Shown here: piece after piece, positions 48,790-60,741 of the stretch | Layout: each line of letters starts with the position of its first letter | Position numbering within the stretch: position 1 is the first letter of the stretch | Source: Macrostomum lignano | Lineage: Eukaryota | Direction: 5' to 3' | Length of the DNA stretch: 64,000 bases | Assembly: GCA_002269645.1 (NCBI GenBank) | Contig: NIVC01002933.1 | Coordinates: forward strand, 62,001 to 126,000 | The notes under the pieces: model-generated | What the model was told of the DNA's origin: nothing | Database searches by the model: none | The model's input: only the letters and a program-made list of their open reading frames with translations | Made by a program: the position numbers and the translations under genes

Positions 48790-49560
48790 TTTCACTGCAT
48801 AGTTTCCAATTAGCTCTGGCGTGCAGCCGGCGACACCCCCTTTCCCTCGAGCTGTTCGTCCTGCCTGCTGATGGACTGCGTGCTCCGCAGGACTATGCAG
48901 GAAGAGGATGTCTTTGTAATCCCCAGCGCCGCAGCTCGCGGCATTCTGAGGTCTGAACCTCCTGCCTGGCCTATGCTGACGACATAGCCCTTGTCTGCTG
49001 CGGCCCAAAGTCAGCACAGAGAGCGACAAACGTACCAGCTCTTCGAGGAGGTGCCCGCGTGGATTTGCAGATCAGCGCCAAAAAGACCGAGGTGCTCCAT
49101 GTGGGCACTGAGACTGCCCCGCCTCAGCCGCTGCCCAATGGGGAGACAAGAGCCGCCTACCAGGACTTAAATACCTCGGCGTCCCGGTCATGCGACCCAG
49201 TGTCATCATTCAGGACTGGCTGCAGCAGACTTGGCGTGCCTCCCACCAACTCGGCAGTTTTTCCGCTCAGCAACAACACTAATATTCTGCTGTTCAGGAG
49301 AGCTGTGGAGCCCATCCTGCTCTATCGGCTGGAGGCGGTCCGCACGACAGCAACCCGCTTTGCTGCTCTGAACGCCTAGTACCGTACCATCGACTGCTGC
49401 GCAACTCTCTCGGATGCCGCTACCCAGAGTTGCTGAGCAACGAGCAGCTGGCGGCCCGATCGCAAGCACCGCCCCTGAGCCGACTGGCCCTGGTGAGCCG
49501 CTTTTGGGGGGATGCCTTCCCTCTAGCCTCCCTGATGCTGCACGACCCAACGAAGTCAAA
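48790..49560 (+). mobile_element. Degenerate non-LTR retrotransposon (LINE) reverse-transcriptase relic
   Basis: LAYADDIAL at ~48966, then (G)LQISAKKTEVL and a frameshifted KYLG; multiple frameshifts. Confidence 0.8.
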
Positions 49561-49987
49561 TTTAAATTTAAAGAGCAACACAACTATCAGTCAGGCAGAA
49601 CCAGCTCTGAGATAAGTTCATTTTCAACCGCTAGCTTTTCCACGTTGCAAAAGAGATCTATTTTACCTTTTACTTGAAGGGGCTACTGCAGCCACAGAGA
49701 GCTTGTTCCAGCATAGAGAGTAAGAGAACAACAAAACATATAAGCTATTGTAAAAAGGCGAGATACCTAATTGCAAACGACATCCATTCGTGCAGGAGCG
49801 TAAGCGGCCAACGGAGAACTACCCAATAAATCATGAAGGCGGTACAGCCGAGTAAGAGAATCTATATAACTAAATCTCTAATATCTACCTAAAGATAGCG
49901 GGTACCACCGCATACCTAAGCAAAACGTTTTAAACTCGACGCTCAAAACGAAAGCTAGTTGGATCAGCATCGCACCAAAAAATTCAA

Positions 49988-51341
49988 ATGGCCTTTGAGC
50001 TGCCCCAGCGAGTTTCGGGAGCCCAGGCGGTCTCCGCTGTACCGGCCCATCTGCAGTGCAGCAGCTGCTCCAAGCCGCTCTTCAACGCCCGACAGACTCC
50101 GCACGGGTGCCGCCTGTGCCAGGCCTGCGTCACCGGCCTGCTGCACGAGGTGGAGAAGCGGCCCTGTCCTGGAAACACCGAGGCCTGCACACTCAGAGAC
50201 CACCACTCGGAGGAGGACGCTGGCGGCGAGGTCGAGGTCGAGGTGAGCCAGGCTACCTGCTTTCCCGACATGGCGACGAGACGCGAGGTCGCCAAGCTTC
50301 GAGTCCGCTGTCCGAACTGCGACGCCGGCTGCTCTGTCCAACTCGAATGGGCTCGCATGGACCAGCATGTGCAACAGAGCTGCGACTGGCACTCACTCCG
50401 CTGTGAGCAGTGCAAAGAGCTCATCCTGAAGAAGGACATGCAGCGACACACCAGCAGCGAGTGTCGCCACAGGAAGGAGACCTGCGACCTGTGCTCTCAG
50501 CTGGTCACACACAGCGAGATGGAGACCAGTCACAGGAATCTGCAGTCCGATGTGTGCTGTCCGAGATTCTCAGCTCGCTGTCCTCACTGCTCGGAGCGGA
50601 GCACACCGATGGACAGGCGGGGATATGTTGCTCACCTGTCGGAGTGTCCCGAGAGACCGGTAGAGTGCAAGTACTCTCACCTGGGCTGCAGGACGATGGT
50701 GCGCAGGTCCGATCTGGAGAGGCACTACAGGGAGAGCATGGACTCTCACCTTGAGCTCATGGACTCGAAACTCAAGCAGGCAGCGATAGCTCAAAATAGC
50801 CATAGTAAGTTTTAAGCTGCTAGTTGAAGTAGTTTGACAGTTTTTTGTTGCTATTTTCGAAATTACTAGTAAATAACAAAAAGTGTTGTGTTACAAAGCT
50901 GCGCTTAATGAATCATAATTTTATCACTACCAGAGTAGCAGATACAATAGCTGCTTTTCTAGCTGCGATCAGCAGAACCAATTAGTAACTCGAAAGCCCC
51001 ATACAAGTTCGTTGCCAACCTCCTCTTCCACAGCCGCAGTCGCGCAGCCGACTGTCCGGCCCGCTGACATCCCCGAAGCGGCCGCCATGAACCGGCAGGT
51101 CGGCAACATCTACGGCAAGTTCAAGGCGCTGCAGAAAGGCGTTTCCGACTGGGCTCACAGTACCGTCATGTTTGAGAAGTTGGTTGAGTCTTTAGGAGGC
51201 ATCACACAGTTGCAAACCCTGCTCAGATTGTTCGATGAGCGCACAAGGCAGTTTGAACAGCTGCAGCAGCAGGTGCAGCAGCTTCAGCACCAAGTGCAAC
51301 AGCTGCAGGCCGCGCAGCCTTCAAATTCGTATCGGGCCTGA
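49988..51341 (+). CDS. TRAF-like copy 9: RING + ZF + divergent coiled-coil exon. Exons 49988-50804 and 51034-51341, 374 aa
   Basis: A|GTAAGT donor, TTCCACAG acceptor. Exon 2 RQVGNIYGKFKALQKGVSDWAHST is homologous to, but clearly diverged from, the other copies. Confidence 0.88.
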
Positions 51342-51493
51342 CCTGCGCTCAGACACGGCTTGGAGCGCTTTTGGACTCTACAGAATCACTGATTTGAGAT
51401 TTGAGAGTCTTCTTTGCATCTCAAACTTTGCATAAGTACAAGTATATTTGAAAATTCAATAAAGTTATATCCAGATTGAAATCTAATTTTAAA

Positions 51494-51752
51494 CATCAGC
51501 ACACCTCACAGGTACATCAGCACACCTCACAGGTACATCAGCACACCTCACAGGTACATCAGCACACCTCACAGGTACATCAGCACACCTCACAGGTACA
51601 TCAGCACACCTCACAGGTACATCAGCACACCTCACAGGTACATCAGCACACCTCACAGGTACATCAGCACACCTCACAGGTACATCAGCACACCTCACAG
51701 GTACATCAGCACACCTCACAGGTACATCAGCACACCTCACAGGTACATCAGC
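51494..51752. repeat. 21-bp minisatellite (CATCAGCACACCTCACAGGTA) x12
   Basis: Perfect tandem units. Confidence 0.97.
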
Positions 51753-52320
51753 AGGAGTCCCAAAGGCCCTTAAAAGACTCCCAAATCAAAGCCATAACTT
51801 GGTTAAAGCACAAAAATGAAACAATATATTTAAAGCATCAAATTTCAAATACATTAATGTTTACGTAAAAAATCGGTTATATCGAGCATTATTTATTACG
51901 GTGTAATCCATGATTTACATATGGATTAAATGTTAAACTCAATCGTATTAAATTGCAAGCTAGTCGTCAAATAAAAAAATTCAAATTGCCAAAAATTTAT
52001 CAATTAATGCTGCAAAACACTGAAAAAACTTAATCAGAATAGGCTTCAAATGCCAGCGAAACGCATGGAGAAGGTAGAAAGTTTTTGACAATACCGGTAT
52101 TAGGCAAAAATCGCTTTAAGAATGCGCCACAAGTTATCAGAAAGAGAAAACTGAAGCTCGAGACAAATTTTGCACCTCCTAACGCTAATGCGCATGCCAG
52201 AATAACAAAAATATTAAGTTCTGAAAGATACTTTTATTGAGAATACTTTTTCAGATTTTCTATTCTCTAGCATCAAGTCTCTTGGCCTCAGTACTTCAAA
52301 AGAAGCAGGCTGTCAGTGGC

Positions 52321-53565
52321 TCATGCCCTTGGTTGTTGCAGCTGCTGCACCTGCTGCTGGAGCTGCTGCACCTGCTGCTGGAGCTGCTCGACGCTCCTTG
52401 TCCGCTCGTCCAGTCCGCTCAGCAGAGTCCGCAGCTGCGAGACGCCTCCGAACCTGTCAGCCAGCTGCTCGAGCTCCATGGTGCTGTGAGCCCAGTTCGC
52501 CACGTTGACCTGCAGCTTCTTGAACTGCTCGAAGACGCTGCCGACTCGCCTCTTCACATCGGCCACCTCGCGACCGTCGGCGGCTGTGGGGGCGGGAGGT
52601 GCGGCACCGGCGGAAGACTGCGGGACCGCGGCTGCTGGAAATGAACAATGAAATATTATTGCAATAGCGACCAACAAAACATTCGCATTCAACCACCTTA
52701 ATGTATTAGCGCACATTGATCTTTGCTATAATTCAACAGAAAAGCTTACCAGAATTCGACGGAAGAGCAGCTGCCTGCTTGAGCTTCGAGTCCATGAGCT
52801 CAAGGTGAGAGTCCATGCTGTCCTTGTAGTGCCTCTCCAGATCGGACCTGCGCACCATCGCCCTGCAGCCCAGGTGAGAGTACTTGCACTCTACCGGTCT
52901 CTCGGGACACTCCGACAGGTGAGCAACATATCCCCGCCTGTCCATCGGTGTGCTCCGCTCCGAGCAGTGAGGACAGCGAGCTGAGAATCTCGGACAGCAC
53001 ACATCGGACTGCAGATTCCTGTGACTGGTCTCCATCTCGCTGTGTGTGACCAGCTGAGAGCACAGGTCGCAGGTCTCCTTCCTGTGGCGACACTCGCTGC
53101 TGGTGTGTCGCTGCATGTCCTTCTTCAGAATGAGCTCTTTACACTGCTCACAGCGGAGTGAGTGCCAGTCGCAGCTCTGTTGCACATGCTGGTCCATGCG
53201 AGCCCATTCGAGTTGGACAGAGCAGCCGGCGTCGCAGTTCGGACAGCGGACTCGCAGCTTGGCGACCTCGCGTCTCGTCGCCATGTCGGGAAAGCAGGTA
53301 GCCCGGCTCACCTCGATCTCGACCTCGCCGCCCCCGTCCTCCTCCGAGTGGTGGTCTCTGAGTGTGCAGGTCTCGGTGTGTCCGGGACAGGGCCGCTTCT
53401 CCACCTCGTGCAGCAGGCCGGTGATGCAGGCCTGGCACAGGCGGCACCCGTGCGGAGTCTGTCGGGCGTTGAAGAGCGGCTTGGAGCAGCTGCTGCACTG
53501 CAGGTGAGCCGGCAGATCGGAGACCGGCCGGGCTGCCGACACACTCGAAGCAGCTCGTAGGCCAT
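52321..53565 (-). CDS. TRAF-like copy 10: RING + ZF + coiled coil. Exons 53565-52750 and 52634-52321; 1-nt deletion at ~53550 (pseudogene or assembly error)
   Basis: ATG GCC TAC GAG CTG CTT CGA vs CTG CCT TCG in paralogues. Intron and exon 2 are nearly identical to copy 6. Confidence 0.8.
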
Positions 53566-54770
53566 GTTTAGACTTAAGTCATGAGATGATGAAAACTGTT
53601 GATGAAATCGTGAATACGTGGCAAAGCAGTTGCCTCAGTGCATTATAAACTCTGTTCGTTTTTTATCTTGTTTGGTAACGTGGCTGCTTCGTCACCGATC
53701 TATTTATAGCGCTTGCCCGAAATGGAAATTCCAAGGAACTGTTCTATTTTTAGAAGCGACCACGCATTTTCGCTTATGCGTGGTCGCATAAGGGAAGCTT
53801 AGGGAATTTCCCAATGAATTATTCTGTTCTTGCAACACTGTACAAGAAATCTGTGCCTTAACACTCCACAGGACTCCGCCTTAGCTATTGCTTTGCGAGA
53901 CGCGGTATGGCATCTATGTATAAGGCATTACCTCGTAATTGTGTTATTGTGTGTAATTTTCAAAAAGAATCATTAACAAAATAGCTTGTGACACAATACC
54001 TTGGTAGAGAATTGCTCATTTGGCAATTGCATGTCATAGTGTAATGCGAACTTTGCATAGACAACACCAGAGTTAAGAAAGTAAAGAGACGCAACCGGAA
54101 AGAAATACCATAGACAAAAGAAAACAAGTGCAGTCTGTAAGAACAGTTAAGAAGAGCGTCCACAGCATACAGGGGCCTTTGCTGTAGAATACTCCTAAAT
54201 CATAAATCCATGCGAGTGTCCTAACTCCAAGGACCAAATCTTACTCTTAGGTTAGTAGGAGTGTCATTTTATCATGTTTTCGGGCAGCAACCTCGGCTCG
54301 GACTCGGCTCGGAGCCAACGATCGACGACCCAGGAAATCTAAGCAAAGAATAAACTTTTTAGAACAGTTTCATACTGTGTCACGATTTCGGCTCAATGCG
54401 AAACAACTCGCTATCTGGAAAAATCGAATTCCAAGCCGGACTCGTTGCAACTATGATTTTAGTGCCGAGCAGCAGGTTTTAGTAATAGCAGGCGAGCGGG
54501 CACCGAAAAGTGCATCTTTTAGGGCCGCAATGGCTTTAACGAATGCATTTTTTTGGCTGACTTGCATTGTTGAATTACTCCTGAAGGTGACATCTAGGAG
54601 TTTATAATATCGCACGCAGATTGGCAGGACTCCCTAGCCAATCACCTTACACTCCTTAGAACTCCTCGATCCCATGCTGCACTCCATCGAACAACTCCTA
54701 GCCAACTCCGAACTATTGGTTCTTGAACTGGCTATAGCACTCAAAATCGATTCACTCCTTGCTAGGAGCA

Positions 54771-54783
54771 CTCCTGACTCCTA

Positions 54784-54825
<42 letters not shown>

Positions 54826-54902
54826 ACTCCTGACTCCTGACTCCTAACTCCTAACTCCTGACTCCTGACTCCTGACACCTAACTCCTGACTCCTGACTCC
54901 TA

Positions 54903-54944
<42 letters not shown>

Positions 54945-55042
54945 ACTCCTGACTCCTGACTCCTGACTCCTAACTCCTAACTCCTGACTCCTTACTCCTA
55001 ACTCCTGACTCCTAACTCCTGACTCCTGACTCCTGACTCCTA

Positions 55043-55077
<35 letters not shown>

Positions 55078-55133
55078 ACTCCTGACTCCTGACTCCTAAC
55101 TCCTGACTCCTAACTCCTGACTCCTGACTCCTA

Positions 55134-55168
<35 letters not shown>

Positions 55169-55182
55169 ACTCCTGACTCCTA

Positions 55183-55217
<35 letters not shown>

Positions 55218-55371
55218 ACTCCTAACTCCTGACTCCTGACTCCTAACTCCTGACTCCTAACTCCTGACTCCTAACTCCTGACTCCTGACTCCTAACTCCT
55301 GACTCCTGACTCCTGACTCCTAACTCCTGACTCCTGACTCCTAACTCCTGACTCCTAACTCCTGACTCCTA

Positions 55372-55448
<77 letters not shown>

Positions 55449-55680
55449 ACTCCTGACTCCTAACTCCTGACTCCTGACTCCTAACTCCTGACTCCTAACT
55501 CCTGACTCCTGACTCCTAACTCCTGACTCCTGACTCCTAACTCCTAACTCCTAACTCCTAACTCCTGACTCCTGACTCCTAACTCCTGACTCCTAACTCC
55601 TAACTCCTGACGCCTGACTCCTGACTCCTAACTCCTGACTCCTAACTCCTGACTCCTGACTCCTGACTCCTAACTCCTAG

Positions 55681-55714
<34 letters not shown>

Positions 55715-55724
55715 ACTCCTGACG

Positions 55725-55761
<37 letters not shown>
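54771..55761. repeat. 7-bp satellite (CTCCTGA/CTCCTAA)n, ~140 units
   Basis: Tandem units read directly. Confidence 0.97.
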
Positions 55762-55762
<1 letters not shown>

Positions 55763-56361
55763 TGCTCTTTAATCTATAGCACGGGCACCAGTATCGTTAT
55801 CATGAATTAATTGGAATGCAAGAATAGACTTAAAGATATCATGATTAACTGGGCAAATCTTCCAACTGACTCCATTGACGGCTTATCCGGCTGTGAGGTC
55901 AGTTTTCTCAGCGATCTTAGCATGCGAGAACGGAATGACCAGCTACTGAGGTTCATTAGACTTCCTGAACAAGACAATCTTGCTGATCATGCAAATCGCC
56001 ATGCCATACCGATGTTTGAGCATGGAGACCGATTTGCCCGATTTGCCAAGTTGAAAAGTAGCACCGCTGACCAACTTCCATGGAACCGGATGCGAGTTCA
56101 AGAACTGTTCGTTTGTCTTCAATCCGAAAGAGTGAACTGTCTCAATGTAACTTGACTATTGCAACATACTCAAAGTCCCTGACTAACGCTGCATACAATT
56201 AGTCTGTTAATCCTATGTTTTATATACTCGTTTCCTGTTCCTTTTAAATAAACCGAAAACCAAGTGAACAGTTTCCGTTTAAAAAATTCCAACTAAGTCT
56301 GTGGCTTAACGGAATTTAGGCACAATATATCTTGCCTGTGAAGTTTCCACTTAGTGCTAAG

Positions 56362-56960
56362 CAGGGGCGTAGCCAGGAATATTGATTGGGGGGGCGTGAG
56401 TTAGGGGGCGCCAGTTTCTTATAGAGGGGGGGGCGCCAGTTTCTTATAGAGGGGGGGGCGCCAGTTTCTTTTAGGGGGGGCGCCAGTTTCTTTTAGAGGG
56501 GGCGCCAGTTTCTTATAGAGAGGGGGGCGCCAGTTTCTTTTAGGGGGCCAGTTTCTTATAGGGGGGGGCGCCAGTTTCTTTTAGGGGGGCGCCAGTTTCT
56601 TTTAGAGGGGGGCGCCAGTTTCTTTATAGGGGGGGGGTGCCAGTTTCTTTTGGGGGGCGCCAGTTTCTTTTAGGGGGGGGGGGCGCCAGTTTCTTTTAGA
56701 GGGGGGGGCGCCAGTTTCTTTATAGGGGGGGCGCCAGTTTCTTATAGGGGGGGGGTGCCAGTTTCTTTTGGGGGGGCGCCAGTTTCTTTTAGAGGGGGGG
56801 CGCCAGTTTCTTTATAGGGGGGGGGGGCAGTTTTTTAGGGGGGGGGGGGCGCCAGTTTCTTTTAGGGGGGGGGCGCCAGTTTCTTATAGGGGGGGGGGCG
56901 CCAGTTTCTTTTAGGGGGGGGCGCCAGTTTCTTTTAGGGGGGGGCAGTTTTTATAGAGGG
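56362..56960 (+). repeat. hAT-like left end (CAGGGGCGTAGCCAGG) followed by a GGGGGCGCCAGTTTCTT(A/T)TAG minisatellite
   Basis: TIR-like start at 56362 and tandem units 56400-56960; matching right TIR not found. Confidence 0.7.
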
Positions 56961-57729
56961 GAGCAGTTTATTTAGTTTATTTTAGCAGTAAAAGAAACAG
57001 TTAAAAATGTTTTGAGCACCTGCGCATGTACATGTAATAGACCTGCCAGAAAAACCCAACCCCAGAGGCTGACTACGGAACTGTGAATTCGCCTGACTTT
57101 CGCAAGACGCAAACAGAATCATTGACGGTTGAGTTCGCGTCGGACCACAGCTGGCTTGGGGCATGTTATGCCATTTGCGCCTAATGAGAGCCAATCTCAG
57201 CGCACTTTGATCGGACTGAAAGTTGATTCTGCTAGATCCTCAGGCTGAGCAGCCACCCTCTCAGATCCTCAGGCTGAGCAGCCTCCCTCTCAGATCCTCA
57301 GGCTGAGACACACCTGTTGTGCTGAAGGCTGAATAGGCCGCGCTGTACAGTAGACCCTATGTGCGGGAGTGCATTATGAATTCTGGCCGCCATCCCGCAC
57401 AAAAAGCTAATTATAGTCGGTTGGCCGTACGCGGGCAGACTTTCAAAAAATACTGGCCATACAAAAACTGGCTTTCCAAGCAGTAAACAGTGAAAATCCA
57501 GCTGGTACAAGAGCTGCTCCAATCCGGTTGGGTCAACTTCTAGCCAAACCAGAAAACCCACAGCTGCCAATTTGCTGTCACATATCTAGAAATTTTTGAC
57601 GTGAGAACAAACTGTCCTATTGGCTAGAAACACTGGGTCATTTTACAGAATCGAAGCTTCGAATTGTCGAAGACAGAAGCTGCATGTTACAATTAAATAA
57701 TCACAATAGTAATTAATAACTGATTACGG

Positions 57730-57972
57730 TACACCTGTCCCAATGAGCAGATGTGCTACCGACAGCTCAGCCGCAGCTGCGTACGGCTGTTCAGCCCAAG
57801 GACCCACCCTCAATTTCCCCAACTAATGCTGGCACCCATTTTACAGCTGGGTAATCTGAAGCAATAGCGAGTTGAGTGCCTTGCTCAAAGCGACACAAAT
57901 TGTTTCGAGTGAGTCGAGAATCGAACCCCCGAACTTTCAGTCGTGAGTCCGACGCTCTAACCACTAGGCTAC
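57730..57972 (-). mobile_element. tRNA-derived SINE
   Basis: Minus strand reads GTAGCCTAGTGGTTAGAGCG (A box)...GGGTTCGATTCTCG (B box), then GTGTCGCTTTGAGCAAGGCACT...CCCAGCTGTAAAATGGG body. Confidence 0.8.
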
Positions 57973-59052
57973 AACTGTAAAGTGCATGCTGTACTTTTCA
58001 GTCTCGGAACTGCACAATTCCATAACTGAAGTTAAAACAGCAAGTCTTCAAGCCTGAGAAACGACCTCAAAACAAAGCCTGCTTGATGAGTAGAGCCGAT
58101 TAACCTCCAAAAGTCTGATGGTAAGCACTGCTTACCATGCGCACACCCTAGTTTCAGTCTAGGCAGAAGTCAGATGATTCAGATCAAATATAATCTATGG
58201 TAAAATTCACACTCCGTTCCGGTCGGCTATGGTAAGCAGAACTTTTAGAACGATAGCTTCCCTGATTTTTTTACTCGTAGTTTAGATCTCTTTCTCAATC
58301 AAAATAACCAACAGACGGTACAAAAATTTCAGCTTCCTTGAAATACAACTGTATACAGTAAGATCAGTTTTCGTTTATATAAATTTGATGTATATTTTTG
58401 CTGAGTGAGAAAACAATTGAGTAAGAATAAATTGAGTAACACCGTACGCGTAAGTTAATTAAAATTTTCTGAAGAGAAACAATCCACTCGTACCAGCGTA
58501 TGATGCAAACATGAAAACTGGGACATGAAAAATGTCAGCAGAACAGAGGCGGATGCAGATTTTTTGACCCAGGAAATTATTAAGTAGTGCAGAATTTTTG
58601 TACCTAGGAGGCGGCAGCAAAGGGAAAAGACACAACAAAGGCGAGCTGCGCAGCTGGGGGCGCCACAGATGTAAGTTGTTTGGGGGGCAGTTGCCCTCTT
58701 TGCCCCCGCATAAACCCGTATTTGGAGCAGGACAGAATTGATAACAGAAAAAGTAAATGTTATTTAATTACTATCACTTGTTTCTTAGATCTTTAAAGAT
58801 GTTTTATCACGAAGTATACAAACGATTCGTTTTTGGCATTCATTCAAACAATTCTTATGGCGCATTCTCAGCAACTCGAGATGTTAGCGCCACTAGTATT
58901 CTGAATTAATTTTTAATTATAGTCTCAGAAAGAAGAAGCTAACTGGGAGAAACCCATTTCCTCAATTTTCTTTCAGGCACACGTATAGAAGGGAATATAG
59001 CAGGAAATATTCTTCCAGCATGCGTGCACTGGGAACAAAAACTGTCAAGAAT

Positions 59053-60060
59053 TCAAGAATGCCATTGCTGAAAGCAGGTCTCCAGACACAGTCCTGGTTC
59101 ACCTGGACACGCAGGGCAGCAGTAAATTGATCGTTTGATTCTTTCAGCTCAGTAGCAGACGCGACACCGCTTAGTTGGCCTTGGCTGACTTTCTCGGGCC
59201 GCAATTCGCATTGGGAAATGCGGGCTGACTTGGCCGAAGGCTTGAGCTGCAGCGGCTGCTCGCCTTCTGCTCATCCCAGTGCTCTGCACGAATTCACGAA
59301 TGCTGGCTTCCAGAAACTTAACGAACACCTTTCGGCCGCCGCACTTACAGTATACAATCCAAGCATTTCGGACCATCTGCAAGCACAGGTGCAAACCAAG
59401 TTTCAAAAACCATTTTCTGGTTTTCCGAGCAGGCTGGTAGGGCTGCATGTGGCCGTCCATTCGATCGACGCCGCCCATGCAGCGGTTGTAACTCAAAGCT
59501 GAGCGGCACTTCTGCACTGCAGCCGCTGCTCCACCTCGGGCGATTCGTCGGACTGGAACTTTTGATGCTGCCTCCTTTGTGTCCAGCAAATACAACGTTT
59601 TTAGACCGCTTTCCTTTCTTTCAACAATCTTTGCGGCCAGTACGGCACCCTTGCGCATGAAGCCGACATCATTGGGCGGCACATTTAACTGCCTGAGCTC
59701 AATCGGCACGCCTCGGTCAGCTCGTATGGTGCAAGTCAGATGAGTATCTCGATCCAGGAGGTACATAGCCAACCGATAAGAACCAAACCACTTGTCGGCA
59801 AAAATGCGGTAGCCTTGGTCCAACAGATCTTGGCAAAGCTCGACAACAATTTTTTCGCTGAATGACAGGTTTCCGCTTTGTGGATCTAAAGCAAATCTAC
59901 GATTCTCCTCCGGAGTAGCATGAACTCGAAAGTTGAACAAGTAGCCTGTTTCAGACTCACAAGCACAGTACACCTTGATGCCATACCTGGCGCGCTTAGT
60001 TGGAATGTATTGCTTGAAGCCTAATCGTCCTTTGTAAAGAACCAACGATTCGTCAACACT
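59053..60060 (-). pseudogene. piggyBac transposase, C-terminal part, 5'-truncated by the Polinton insertion
   Basis: SVDESLVLYKGRLGFKQYIPTKRARYGIK, FADKWF, YNRCMGGVDRMD (DDD triad). Cys-rich tail CRVCY*...CPACPGEPGLCLETCFQQWH with an in-frame TGA at 59149-59151. Confidence 0.92.
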
Positions 60061-60327
60061 AGTAGTATAGAAAAAGACGCTTCTAGACCCAGAGCACTTT
60101 TTTAATGACCGTTTTAAGGGTCTAGAGGGGGGACACGGGGGGTAAATAAAAAAACACATCTAAACACCCTTAACACATCTAATCACCCATAATCACCCCT
60201 GACAATAAAAATCATTCCCAACACTTCCAAACACTCCCCAACACTCCCCTCGCGTCCCCCCTCTTAAGACCTTACAAACGGTCATTAAAATAAGGTCTGA
60301 TCTAGAAGCGTCTTTTTATATACTACT
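60061..60327. repeat. Imperfect terminal fold-back: ~80-bp arms 60061-60142 and 60246-60327
   Basis: AGTAGTATAGAAAAAGACGCTTCTAGA...TCTAGAAGCGTCTTTTTATATACTACT. Confidence 0.9.
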
Positions 60328-60741
60328 ACTCTATAACCCCTTGCCCGCGCCGCAGGCGCGAAGGGTCACAAAAGAGTTTAAACTGAGTCATGGTAATAGT
60401 AACACTCAACAAAAAATTACTCTCATAGCCACTATTGGCTAGCTTGCAAAATCTTGCCGTAGCAGGAATTGAACGCCCACTCAGCCATCCAACTCTATAA
60501 AAACCACAGCCATCAACCCAGTTCTAGCTCATCTCTCAGGAAGAAGAAGACAGGCTCCGCGCGTCACAAGTAAAATGGGGTGCCCACCATCAATGAATAA
60601 GTTTTTAACAAATCGTCCAGAAAAATTCTGGACGTCCAGAAAAAAATGACTCAATGCAGTATATACACCATCTTGGGTTGAAAAATATTCTTTTGTGTGT
60701 TCTCGTATTCTTTTTTTCTGTTACTAAAAATAGAACAAAAA

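Noticed and set aside
53723-53812. kappaB-like sites (GGGAATTTCC, GGAAATTCC) and a 12-bp-stem hairpin (53756-53787) upstream of copy 10
   Set aside because: Such degenerate 10-mers are expected several times by chance in 64 kb and are not positionally conserved across copies. The hairpin lacks a Helitron CTRR end.
55860-56150. Minus-strand GKSVSMLKHRYGMAICMISKI, resembling a pogo/Tigger CENP-B HTH
   Set aside because: Short, interrupted by stops, and no TIR or DDE domain seen; cannot be supported without a search.
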